Position numbers and translations under genes: made by a program. Shown here in pieces: positions 48,777-61,300 of a stretch of DNA of 64,000 nucleotides. Source of the stretch: Macrostomum hystrix (lineage: Eukaryota; Animalia; Platyhelminthes); the NCBI GenBank assembly GCA_950097015.1, contig CATNEN010000037.1:186001-250000 (forward strand). The letters are read 5' to 3'. The first letter of the stretch is position 1; each line of letters begins with the position of its first letter. The notes under the pieces are model-generated. The model was not told the DNA's origin. It did not search any database and worked only from the letters and a program-made list of their open reading frames with translations.

Positions 48777-51019
48777 TCAGAAGCTAAACTTTGTAGCTTC
48801 CTGACTATTGCCCGGATTGAAGGCGAGCTGCTGCGACGGCTCCGAGGTTGAGTCGGCGGCGACGACTGCGGCTGACGGCGCAGCGGCAGCTGCATCGTCA
48901 GCATCCGGATCGTCGGTGAAATACTTTTCGATGATGCCAAACGACAGGCGATAGATCTCCTCGTTGTCGTGCTCCTGAAGCTGTTCAATCTTGTCTAGGC
49001 CGCCGCACTCCTCGATCATCTCGCAGACTAGGCCGACGGCGCTCTCGGCAGCTTTTAGAATGTTAGACAGGCCGTCTAGAACCACCTGCACCACCTGGGT
49101 GTCCTTCACAGTGAGCATGTTGCACAGCGGAGGAATGACTCCCGCCTGTACAACACAGCCAATCTGCTGCCCATTGCCAGATATGGTGAGGTTGGACACA
49201 GCCCAGGCCGCCTCCTTCTGGGTCTGGAAGTCGCCCTTGTCCAGGTGGTGCACAATCAGCGGAATCAGGCCATGATCGATCACCGACTGTACTTGGGCCT
49301 GGCGATGGAGGCAGTACGTAGATTTGTAGAGTTTCATTCATCGACAGTTTTTGCATTTCCATTCGCACAACTTTTCATTTTTGTATGCTAGTACTGCATT
49401 GAGCGTTGTACTACTTCTCAGTCTTGTGATAATAAAAACTCAAGCCAGTATTGTACCAATCCTTGAGCCAGTCTTGTACCAATCCTTAAGCCAGCCTTGT
49501 ACCCACCCCAATCTCAATCTTGTACCAATATCCATTACATTCTTGTACCAATCTCCATTGCAGTCTTGTACCAATATCCATTACATTCTTGTACCAATCT
49601 CCATTGCAGTCTTGTACCAATCTCCATTACATTCTTGTACCAATCTCCATTGCAGTCTTGTACCAATCCCCATTACATTCTTGTACCAATATCCATTACA
49701 TTCTTGTACCAATCTCCATTACATTCTTGTACCAATATCCATTACATTCTTGTACCAATCTCCATTACATTCTTGTACCAATATCCATTACATTCTTGTA
49801 CCAATATCCATCAAATTTTTGTACCAATCTCCATTGCAGTCTTGTACCAATATCAATTCCAGTCCTGTAACAGTCCAACGCAAATCCAACCTACCTGATT
49901 TCCGGCCGTGATGTTAGACAAGAACCAAACGGCCTCCTTATTAATTTTCTCCTTGCTGTGAGTTAGCAGAGCCGGGAAGAAGCTTAAAGCGCCGTGATTG
50001 ATAACAGTCTGAGTCTGCTCATCCGTGCCAGTCACGATGTTGCCAACGGCTCGAAGGGCGGCAGTCTGCACCTTGACGTCAGTGTGCGACAGCAGTGGCA
50101 CCAGAAACGGCACAATGCCCTGATCAATAACCATCTGGATTTGATCGTTGCCACCGTCAGTTAGATAGGACAGGGCCCAGACTGTATCAACCAGGATATT
50201 GGTGTCCGGATGCTGGATGAGAAACAGCAGGGCTGGCAGCAGCTCCAGAATGGTGGCTACAGGTGGCGGCGGCTCCTTATTACGGCACAGGTTGACAATC
50301 ACCCAGGTGACGTTGCGCAGAAAGGTCACGGGAATGTCCGGACCGATAAAACGCAACAGCGGCTTGACAACACCCAACGAGATGACGTAATCGCGCAGAT
50401 GTGGCCCGTCACCGATGATGTTGCCGAGTGCCCAGACAGCCTGCTCGCAGACATTCTGATGCGGCGATGAGAGCAGGTGTAGAAAGTGCGGTATAGCGCC
50501 AGCTTTCACCACAGCGTTGGTCTGCTGGCTGGTGCCGGATGCGATGTTAGTCAGGGCCCAGGCAGCTTCGAATTGCAGATTGGGATTGTCTGAGCAGGAC
50601 AGGCACTCCACAAGGATGGGCAGGATGCCGGAATTGATTAGATCGTCAATTGGCGGATTGCGATCCGAGCTAAGCAGCTTCCTGGCGTTCTGGACAGCCT
50701 TCAGGCGAGTCGACTGGTTCGGACTGCGAGCGTCGGCGACAATGACACCAAGGCTGCCAACGGCTGGGGGTCGGTCGTTTTCATCCGAGTCGGTCATGCC
50801 AGAACCGGCAGATTCAATGCCACCAGCTGGCACGTTGCGCTTCTTGAGCAGATGCTCGTCGCGCTTGTTTTTGCGCAGTTCAACCTGATTGTCCTGTCGC
50901 CTGCGCCTCATTTCATCGGCATCTTTGCCGGCATTCTTGAACAGGTGCTGATGCCCGCCAGCATTGGCGGCACCCGAAGTTGACGAACTGTTAGCGCTGC
51001 TACCCTGAGGGTCTGACAT
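48777..51019 (-). CDS. KPNA3/4: Importin subunit alpha, alpha3 (KPNA3/4) subfamily; exons 51019-49895 and 49298-48777; 548 aa
   Basis: IBB domain [27 protein letters not shown]; ARM repeats [65 protein letters not shown]; CAS-binding C-terminus; phase-0 intron. Confidence 0.95.
49480..49860. repeat. 23-bp minisatellite (CTTGTACCAATCTCCATTACATT)n in the importin intron
   Basis: Direct reading. Confidence 0.9.
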
Positions 51020-53559
51020 GGCTTGCTTTTGTGCTTCAATGTATTAACTTGGATGTGTCTCTTCTCTTTTGATTTTAGAATCAACAATTGGTTGCCTGTC
51101 TGGTAGTGTTATTGCTCTGAAATATATTTCAAAGTAAACAATTATATTATTGATCATAAAAAGAAGAAAATAAAAAAATTAAAATTACAATAAACTTTGT
51201 AACTTGCATTATAGAGATAATTTTTTTTGAAAAGAAACATAAATGTAGGAGATTCTCTAAAGGGTTATTTATATGCAATTTAACAAAAAATGTACATTTC
51301 AACATTTATTTGCATTGCCGTTATAAATAATAGGTTAGGTATGTCAAATGACCAGAACATTCTATTTCTTATTACAATAATAAGTATATATATATAAAGT
51401 ATAATAAGTATAATTAATACTTATATCTTTTTAATCTGAAATACAAATAAAAAATACAGAAATGATCTTTGCATCTTGACTAGTAGGCCAGACTAAACAT
51501 AGACTAGACATCATGCCACACAATTACATACCATGGCATATATTGTTATGCCAAAATAGTCCATAAACAATACTAATCATAAGCTAGTTATTTTATACAC
51601 ATTTCTTAATTTAGACTTTTAAGTGACTTTCATTTAAAAGTTTTTCAAAGTAAAAAGACTTGTGTAAAAAAAATAGGCATATTGATAGAAACAATAATGC
51701 ACTTATAGAGTTATTATGCTATTATGGATATGGCAATGGGAAGTTATGGATATCAAGCTTTTTGGATAAAAGTTATGGATATGGATATGGTTATAGGAAC
51801 TTATCTTTCTTAAATCTAGTTTTAGTATCTTGAGTTCTCAAATATAGTTTGCACAAGAAACAAGAGACAACAAGAAAAGGTAGAAAGAAAACTCTAGTCA
51901 AACAAATCTATGTGGCTTGAGTTTGTATAACATTTTTGTTGGAGCCCCTAAAGACGTCAAGGCTACATGCATGTCTTGTGGGGATATGTGGATTGCTATG
52001 ATGAGAAACAAGAGAGATTTCATCAAAGATTTCACAGTTTGTGAAGAACTTTTCTAACTGCCTACAAAGGGAACTCTTTAATTGTGGTATTAGGGACATG
52101 TAGACTCCCCAGTCCCGACTAATGGGACTCAAGCCCTTCAAAAATTTCAATGCAACATGCTAATTGTGGGGTGGGTTTTTTCCAGCCTATTGACTGTTGG
52201 TGGGGAATAAAGATAGATAGGCTGTCAGAGAATTTATAACAAAGGCACTTCTCTAGACTGCTTACTATTGAAAATCTTAATTCCCTGCTATCTATGGTAT
52301 TAGTGACTCAAACTTTCAAGATTTCAATGCCACATGCATGTTGTGTGAAGGTAGAAAAGGGTTTTACTTCAAACCTGTTGAGCCCCACAAAAGGCTTGAA
52401 TTCTCCTTGGCTACAGTTTTCCTAGCCCCATTGGTCCTTTGGCTTCCACTAATGTATGTGTATATATATATCAAAAGACTAAGGGACAGACTTTAAGTTT
52501 CTTATTTAATTTGAAAAAAAGTGCATTATATATAAGGAAATTGTGCCTAGCAGAGAACTGTACACAGTAGGCCCCCCTAGAGAGCATATTTTATTACATT
52601 TCTCTGACTTACATGTATTCACATGAAAATAAGGCACATGATTTAAGATATGTTAAGGAAGCTATAAGAAGATATAGGAATTTTTCTTGTTATGGATATG
52701 AATGGGCTGTGTGAAAAAATTGAGGTATAGATCTATGACACTAGGCCTATGTATAGGCCTATAGATACAAGAAAAAATGGGTTGTAGCGGAACTCTTTAC
52801 AACTATATACTTAGATTTTTCATAATGCATAGACTAATATAGCCCATAGTCCAGATCATGTAATGCTTTCTGTTGTGCATTTGAAAAGTTGGCATGCATT
52901 GACATGCAAAAGCAATTGCATGCCATCAGCTGGCATGCAGGAGGGTTGGCAATGGTGTGCATAGCAATAGCCCCTATGAGTATTATTTAATAGCCAGGTA
53001 CTTCTATAGTATAGTTGCATAGCTATACTGCTATGTAATCACTCTAAACATACTCATTATATTTTCGTGGTCGTTAAAAGACCTTGTTCAACAACTTGAA
53101 CTGCAAGCAATTACAATTGCATGTGGTAATCAAATACAATATGCTGTAATGACATTTAAAAATAACTTTCTAAAAAGCGCACTAGTGGTTTTCATATCTA
53201 GAAGCAAAAGTTACTATGCTTATGAGGCGTGATACAGTTATCATGTGGCTGATGTGTGCATTTGCATTGTTGTCCTTCCTAGGTTCGAACGAAAATTAGT
53301 CAACAAAATTAATTTAAATTTGTTGGCACAGTAAACCAAACTATAAAAATCCCTTTCTTTTTTATTCTATTATACAAATCCACATAAGTATAACTTCCTA
53401 AACATATTTATTTATTGTTTAATACTGACTTCGAATTTCTTTTTTTCTACACGAATACTCAATAAACAACTATTTCAAACACAAAGTTCATCAAGGCGAC
53501 GGACTAGCACTTAAGATTCAAAGATTGGCGACGAGTAACTATTAGTTAGTTACTAATGC

Positions 53560-53800
53560 GTAAGCACTGCATTGCCGCGCCAGCCTGGTTCGTCCAAATA
53601 GTGAACTGCTGAGGCGTAGGCGACACCATTTGGCAGGCCACATCATCGACGCGTATCGTACACTCAGCTGCCGGTTTAGGAGGTGCAACCTACCGGGATA
53701 AAGTTCCTTAGTCGACTGCCTGCTGGGTGATCCCTGCGCCCTAGACTCTGTGTCTGTGGTGCGCCTTTGTTTGTGTCGAAGCTCTGAAGCTTGCCTTTTA
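53560..53800 (+). mobile_element. Degenerate RTE-like LINE ORF2 C-terminal remnant
   Basis: Pieces in shifted frames read LLRRRRHHLAGHII and LVDCLLGDPCALD, resembling the R-rich LAGH(V/I)I segment at RTE ORF2 ends; recalled resemblance only. Confidence 0.4.
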
Positions 53801-55752
53801 GACACTGCATATATTTATTACCCTTTGAGTGCGTTCGTAGTAGTTGTTGTTTTGTTATTGTTGTTATCGTTGTTTTGTTAAGCATGTCAAGCATCATATG
53901 CTTGACTTCGTGAATTCGTGAGGAATCTTCTCCATTTTTGGTTTGTAACACTGTTTGCATTTGAAAGCAAAATTGCAAAATAGGCTATTTTTTAATTCAT
54001 ACAAGGAATATGTTTTTTCATTGAATAAATAGAAAAATAAGTTTAAAATCCTTTATTTGTTAAAACGATGGGAGGAGCGTTTTAAGTGTGCCGTATATTT
54101 TCACTAAAACGACTATAACTTTTACAAAGCATTTAGAAGATTTAACACTTAGCTTGGTTACTATCAAACTCAAAGGCAAAGCGCAAAGTGGTGTATGACT
54201 GAAGCAGTTTTTGTCTACTCTCGGTAGTACAGTTAGCATTTGCGTTAGAAATGGAGAACATATAGTTTCAAGGCATTATAAAACGAACCAACTGAAGGGA
54301 TAAAAATGATTAATTTCTGCAAAAACTAACCTAGCTTCAGGCCATCTGTTTATTTGTTCATACATGAACATTTTTAGGGTGAACATTGAATGGTAAGCAG
54401 CTGGTAACAATGTGTCTACTTTTTCAAGAAAAAATCTAACGAAACAAAACAAACAACTTTTTATAAAAAAAAGGCAAAGAGCTAGTCTAGCCTATGCTTT
54501 TGTTGTTAGAAAAAGTTGAATTTTTACAGTTTGCGTTACAGATCCAGAGTGGATAGAAGGAGCTACGATAGGCGTTGAAAATTAAGAATTTGTTAAATTA
54601 AACATCTAACAATCTAACTAATGATTGGTTTCATTTAAGAAAAAGTATATTTCATAACAAGTATAAAAAATGTAAGTCGGCCCGAGTTTTCTCGCAATTC
54701 AAATAGTGTCTAATGGAGTAGCAGTTAATTAGGAAGAAAAAGAAGACAACAAATCTGTGTTTAGACAACACCAATGCAGAAATTAATAGTACACAGGGGG
54801 AGAATAATGTAAAGCAGCGAATAGTTGGGTTAAGTGTTGATATTTTATGCAAGCCCACGTAGTTAGAGACGGAGCTGAGAAAAAATGATTAAGAAATATT
54901 TCTTTACTGGTTTTTCCGAATTTTAGTAACAGTGCACAGGTGCACTCTTTGCTACGCGTCCAACGATAATTTCTCGAAATGTCTTTAAAACTCGCTGGTA
55001 ATAGAATGTAGCCTGTGGATTAAAGGAGGCCCAGACCAAAACCAAATTTCTACCCCAGCTCACATTGCATTCTGAACTCTATACCCAGTAAAACGTTGTC
55101 AGTAAGCAGAAAATTTCGTTATATTATATGATCGGATATCACAATTCAAAGTCTGTTGTTACAAGCATTAAAACTACTTTTAATGCACTAAAAATGTTCT
55201 GAAAAGCAAATACAAAGCGTAAAAATTTGGACAAAAAAGCAACTCAATTTCTGCTTTAGCTTGGGCAGATGTTGATAGGGGTGACTTTCAAATTATCTGG
55301 ATTCTAATTTTATTTTAAACTGTGTATTATGTCTGCAGATTAATTAAATCATCACCAGTGTATTGTTTGTTTTAATCGACTGCCCAAGTTTTACAGAATG
55401 AGTGTGAAGTCTATAAAAATCTTGCTTAGTAAAAACTTATACGAGCATATTTCTGAGCGGCTAACCACAATAAAAGGGCATGCACTTTAAATTATAGTAA
55501 TAAGCACATTTTTTTGATAAAACAATCGTCTATATTGTTTATTTAGTAAATTAAACAAGTTATTAAAGTTCGCTAATTCGCTGACAAGTTGTTCGCTCCA
55601 CCTGAAAGGATAAACATTAATTTGCTATATATTCATAATGAAAAATATGATTTGAATAAGTTTGATAAGATCAAATTACTTACCGAAAAGCTGCTGAAAT
55701 ATGAGCCCCATGACTTGGCTATTTGGCAGCGGTAGAACCGACGCGGTCAGCC

Positions 55753-56830
55753 TTAGTTGTTGGCGCCATCTACAAGCGGATGAATTAACAGTCGTTATTT
55801 AAGACAACTACCGTGAGCTTTGAGATTTTCAGCAAAATAATCATCATAAGCCAGCATAGGCTTGTTGGGTACAACAAAGTACAATTGAAGATCAGGTTAT
55901 AGATCTTATTTTGTTGGTAGCATTTGCTTGAAATAAAAAGAAGAAAAAAGTTCTTATTGAATTCACAATACTTAGTTCTCTCTTACGCCGGTCATGCCAA
56001 GAAATAGTGAGTGATTAAGAGAAACAAAAAAATCGATTCGCAATGCGACTGGTTGCAGGACTGAAAAGCGTGCACTAACGGATTTTCAACTATAACAGCT
56101 AATATATTTTGCGATTGATTAACTCATGAGAACTAATGCTGAATTATTTTCCTTTGAAGTCTTTCGAAGTTTTAAAATAAAAAAATCTGATCAAAAGAGA
56201 AGAGAGAGGCCAGCAGATGGGGAGTGAAATTAGAAACGAGAATAGCTTGACCTCAAAAAAGTATTTTGGCTGGGTTTCTTTGCCAAGTTGCAATCACAGT
56301 CACATTTAACAGTTAGTCACTTTTGGCAATGTCCTATACCCTTCTTTTGAGCATACCTCTTAAAAACGCGATCGTCTAGGCTAATCCTTTACGGAATACA
56401 GCTTTCATTATTTATTGTAAAAAGCTCACACACCTCCGAAGGAAGGAGGAGGGAGGTCTTCGTACTGCCAAGACAGCAAGTGCTTGAGCTTGGTGTGCTC
56501 ATACACTGGTGGGCCAACTCACGGTACTCTTCTGGAATGCCTTGGGCAAGAAAATGGTCGTGCTCTCGCGGATCAACCTCCACTGCGTACTCTTCATCCA
56601 TGCTGATGTATCTTTTGTCTGGAAATATATGATACGTCACTAGTTTAGAGCTCACAATTATTCTATCCTTTTCTATTCTAAGGAGCCATGATAAAATCGC
56701 ATTGATGTCGCAAAAAGGCGCCATCACTCAATGCGTTTCTCTCTCACCGGGAGACAATTTTCTGTTGCCGCTTGCGCCCTGAGCACAGCTGCCACTGGCT
56801 ACCTCGCCGGCTCCTTGCTGCTCTTTTAAA

Positions 56831-56863
<33 letters not shown>

Positions 56864-56964
56864 ATCACCTGATGCCTCCGCTGACTCCCTAGCTGACTGT
56901 GGCTCGGCTGCAGCTGCCACAGAATCTTTGCTATCGCTTCCGGATGCACTGCTGTCTGACATGC
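55753..56964 (-). CDS. Three small downstream coding exons (56964-56803, 56618-56523, 55769-55753), probably the 3' end of the giant-exon gene or of its short isoform
   Basis: AG/GT boundaries all phase 1 chain into MSDSS..poly-Q..RRDKRYISMDEEYAVEVDPREHDHFLAQGIPEEYHGANN*; link to the giant exon not resolved. Confidence 0.5.
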
Positions 56965-58383
56965 CTCGATAAACTAAACAGATTAATTTTCCTTCTTTTC
57001 CCGTCTCTGTCTCGCTCAGCCTATTTTAATTAGCTGGATCGCGGACTCTTGTGAATCAAGGGGAGACGTTCTCAGCCTGTGGAGTAGTTTTTTTGCTCTG
57101 ACGCGATTGAATATCCACGCCGATGATACGTGCCTAGAGCTGAAGCAGCCCCGCGGTGCGTGCCCGTTGTGTCTATTTGAATTTTGGCTGGGAAATTTGC
57201 TCAGCCGTTGCTAGCGATCCTCAAACTTGCTCCCGGCCTGAGCTGCCGCTATTTGTCTCCAGCTGCTCAGATTAGGGCCACACGTTGGGCCAAGTAGGGA
57301 GGCCCAATTGAGGGGCTTATAACGGAGTACTTTGCGAGTGATTGGATTGGAATGGGAAATGCAGATGAGGAGAGAGGCGAGACTGGAGAGAGAAGAACCA
57401 CAGCCCGAAAGAAAGGATACAAATGAGTTGAGTAGGCAGAGGGCCAGTCTGAGGCAAATCACACTGGCTGAGCACTGCTTCAATAACCCCGCAGAGATAC
57501 GTGGAAACGGAGGGAAGCAAAAAAAATTGACCTGTTCCTGGCAAAGGCACTGGGAGCAAAACTGGCAGCACACACAGAAGAAGCACACAATGGAAAGCAA
57601 AGCGTGGGGATGCTCAGGAAGGGGATGAGAACTGAGCCAGATCAAATTATCACATGTTGCTAAGGTGGGGCAGCTGCAGCGACATCTATAATTCCAGACT
57701 GGACAGTTAAAGCAACACATTTGGACAACTGACACTGACAATGGATTGCCTGCAGAGCTTCATGCCTGACTCTCTCCTTCTCTCTTTGAAGTTGAATTAC
57801 ATTTGTATAACATTTTTTTTTCGAAATTCCATGACGACTTTGGCCAACAAACGTGACAAAGATGGGAAGGAAGCTACGATGATAAACTACAACAGTGCAG
57901 GTGCATTCGAAGGATAGCCAATAGGATAGCGACAACACAATAGAAATAACACAATAGGATAAGCATGTCTAATTATCCAAGCTAAAATGTGAAGGATGCA
58001 GAGTGTTCGACTTCTTCTGGATGCAATAAAAATAAAGTCCTAAAGAAGCCAGCTACAAAATAAGGCAAAGTAGAGCTTGGATAATGTACTTTAGACAACA
58101 GGCATAAGGTAGCAGGCGAAACTAAAACAGCTAAAATAAACTGAAAAGCTTCACTGTCAAAATGCTAGCTAAACAAAAAGATGAATTAACTGAGGGAAAG
58201 AGCACGGCACAAAAAACACGTGAATAATAATTAATCAACAAACTAAATCACGGCTACCTGGCTGAGTGTAAAGCTGGCCGAATGTATTCGAGATTGGAGA
58301 GTAGCTGAGAGGACTTGGGATCGGGACAGGGCGGGAAGGTTGACGAGAGCGAGGCGAGAGAGGGCTGCAGAGACCCGCAGTGG

Positions 58384-61300
58384 CTACCGCTGACTGTTGG
58401 AGTTGTCCAGACTGTCGGTTGATGCTTGCATCGCGCTCGAATTTGGCTCGTCCCTGGCCAGCGGCTCAATGCTGTCCACGCTGGCAGCCATGTGCGCCTC
58501 CGACAGGGAGTCGATATCGCTCGCTGCCATCACCGAAGAGTCCATGCTGGTGGTCAGCAGTGCTGCATCCTGTTGGCCGGCCGCGCCAGCGGCTGCTGCT
58601 CCCAACGACTGACGCACTGACGACTGACGCACTGAGGACGCGTCCTCATCATCATCTCCTCCGTCCAAGCTGTCAAGGTCGTGGCGATCCTCTTCAGTGG
58701 CTTCCACTGTACCAGTCACCCCAACGGTCGGCAGCGCTCGAGTCTGCTGCTGGATGCTCTCGTCGGAGCTGCGAGCAGATGTTAGAATCTCTTGGATGCG
58801 CCGATAGCTGCTGCTTGGCTGCTCCACTGCTGGCGAAGGAGTCGAGGGAGCCAAGGCCGCCGCTGGTGAGCTAATAACTGCCTCACCGCCTCTGGCTACG
58901 GCTGTGGGTGAGACGTCTTTCTCCGAACCCACAGAATCTGGCGACAGCTCCCCAGTTGGTAGCTGACCGGCCTCCAGAGCCTGTGCGATCTTCGACGCCT
59001 CGGAGAACAGTTCATCATCTCCAGCTGATTGCTCGAGCTTCTCAAACTCGGCCAGCGACGAAGACTTGGATGAGTCTAGGGCGCCACCCTCTTCCAATGG
59101 GCTTTCGGGCAGTGGCTGGCGCCAAAAATCACCCGGCGAGCCGATCGACTCGCACTCGCGTTCTAAACGTTCAAACTCCACTAAGGAGGAGCTGACGGAC
59201 CTCGGAGCTTGGTTGACGCCTTCGCCACTGGAGGAGGACTTCTTCAGGGATGACGCACTCGCCTGCTGTGAAATCTCGTGCTCCAAGCGTTCAAACTCAG
59301 CCAGAGACGACGGAATGGAGGAAGATGTTGACTGATCGTCGGCGGACCTAGCCTGGACTGGCTGTTGGGACGCGTTGCTACTCGGACTCTTCTTTCGCAG
59401 ACGAATCGGCTCAGAATGAAGGCTGCTCTCAGAGGGAGCCGAACTCACTTTGCCTGCCTCATCCGTTCCAGATAGAAGCTCATAGTCTTCCAAAGAGTCC
59501 TTTGATGTGGAAAACTCTGAGTGCAATTGATCTTGAGCTGTTGTGGCATCGGAGCTGCAGGATTGAGTCATTAACTCCGGGAATCGGTCGTGCTTAGGAA
59601 TAACTGTAGTCTGACTGGATACGCTCGAAGGCTCTGAGATCTCTGAAAACTCTGGCAGCTCCTCATCGTGTCCCGGAGCAATATCGAAACCGACCTTTGG
59701 AGCGGATCTCGGTATCAGCGGCCGAGGGATTTGTGATGACTTTGGCCTAGATGCACCTCTCTCTTCGTCCTTTTTCTCGGCGTCCGTTTCTGGAGAACTC
59801 TCGGGTGTTTCTTTTAGCTCAATTATTGGAGAAAGTATGTTGTCTTCAATGAGAACTTTCTCGATTCCCTTATTAGTCAAGTACACGTAGGACTCTTCCT
59901 GTTCCGTCAGCGACTCAGCAGAAGAGCCGGGCTCGTCTAGAATGTTGGGGTCATCCCTGTCATCAAACTCTGGACCAAAGTCTTCCCCTTCCAAGAGCTC
60001 GCCCTCCATTTCTAACAAGTGTTTCTCAGCCGACAACTCAGCCGCCAAAGCTTTCTCTTCCAGCTCCGGTGTGTCAACAATGTCCTCCTTCATTATCTTT
60101 ACAGCTTCATTTTCAAAGTCAATGGCCAGTTCTTCCTCATGTAGCGAGCGATCCAAGGTTTCCTGGGCCGATCGCTCGAACTCTTCCGATTCGATCTGCT
60201 CCACCGCGCCACATATGGCACTCATCACAAGCTGTTCGGCGAATGGCTCGAATTCTGCCTCACTCAGCGCAGTCTCTTCTGGAATGTACAGCGATTCTTC
60301 TGGCAGATCAATCTCTTCGTATCCAGACCTGGATGCAAAGCGAAGCTTTCTCTGCAAGTCCATTTTGAGCAAAGAGTCATCCGGACTCGGAGATCTCGGG
60401 CGAGACGGCAGGTCCGTTAGATGTTCGAGTTCCGCTTCAGCGTCGGTGTCGGTGAGACCAAAACTTGGCAAATCGGAGGATTGCTGTCGAGACGAGGTCC
60501 ACGATGCGAATCCGGGTATAATTTCAGCTTGCCTAAGAGCCGCAATTCCTGGCCGCAGTGCTTCTGGCGTCTCTATGAGGCCCTCTGGCTCAAGAAACTC
60601 AGTTTCTTCGCACTCAGAGCTCTGTAACGTGTCTGGTCCTGCGGGAGTTGACGTAACATCGCTAGTTATTGACGCTGAGGCATCGGTTCCCTCGTCATCA
60701 CGATGGCCTCCTCGCTGATGCAGTTGTTCATCCGGATGCAGAGCTGCGACTGCAGACAGTGCAGATTCCTCAGGCTCCATGACTAGAATAAAGCCGCTGT
60801 CATCTTGGCTGTGGCTATCTTCTGTTGTTGACGGCCCAATGACGTGATCGTGAACACTGATTCCTGAGCTGAGATGATCGCTAGATCTAGACGTATCTTG
60901 GCTCAGTGAGGAAATGTCTCTAGGCAGGGCGCGACTGTCGTCAGACGGCATGTCGAAGCCTTCGAGTGTGGTACACGAGTCTAACATATGCTGAGGATCA
61001 AAAGCTTGAGCATTACGATCGGACGAAGGCTCAGAGGCCTCCTCCTCTTCCTCAGCAATTGGCTCCTTCCAGCTCGGCTTGTGATCAATAACCTCGTCAT
61101 CGGATGCTGGGCTATGTTCGGACTCAAGCGGAAACTGGTAGCCCTGATCGTCAGGAGTCTCAGCAGCAGAAGGGGGGCCCGACTGACTCTCTTCTGGTGT
61201 AGACAATGCAGCCGCTACTGGGGCAGCTGTCTGACTAGCATCCTTGCCTGTGACCAGCGGCAACTGCATACTCTTGGGCGGATTATGAATGACCGACTCG

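Noticed and set aside
49351-49911. Secreted-looking Cys-rich ORF on the plus strand
   Set aside because: 23-bp array within the importin intron, antisense to the gene.
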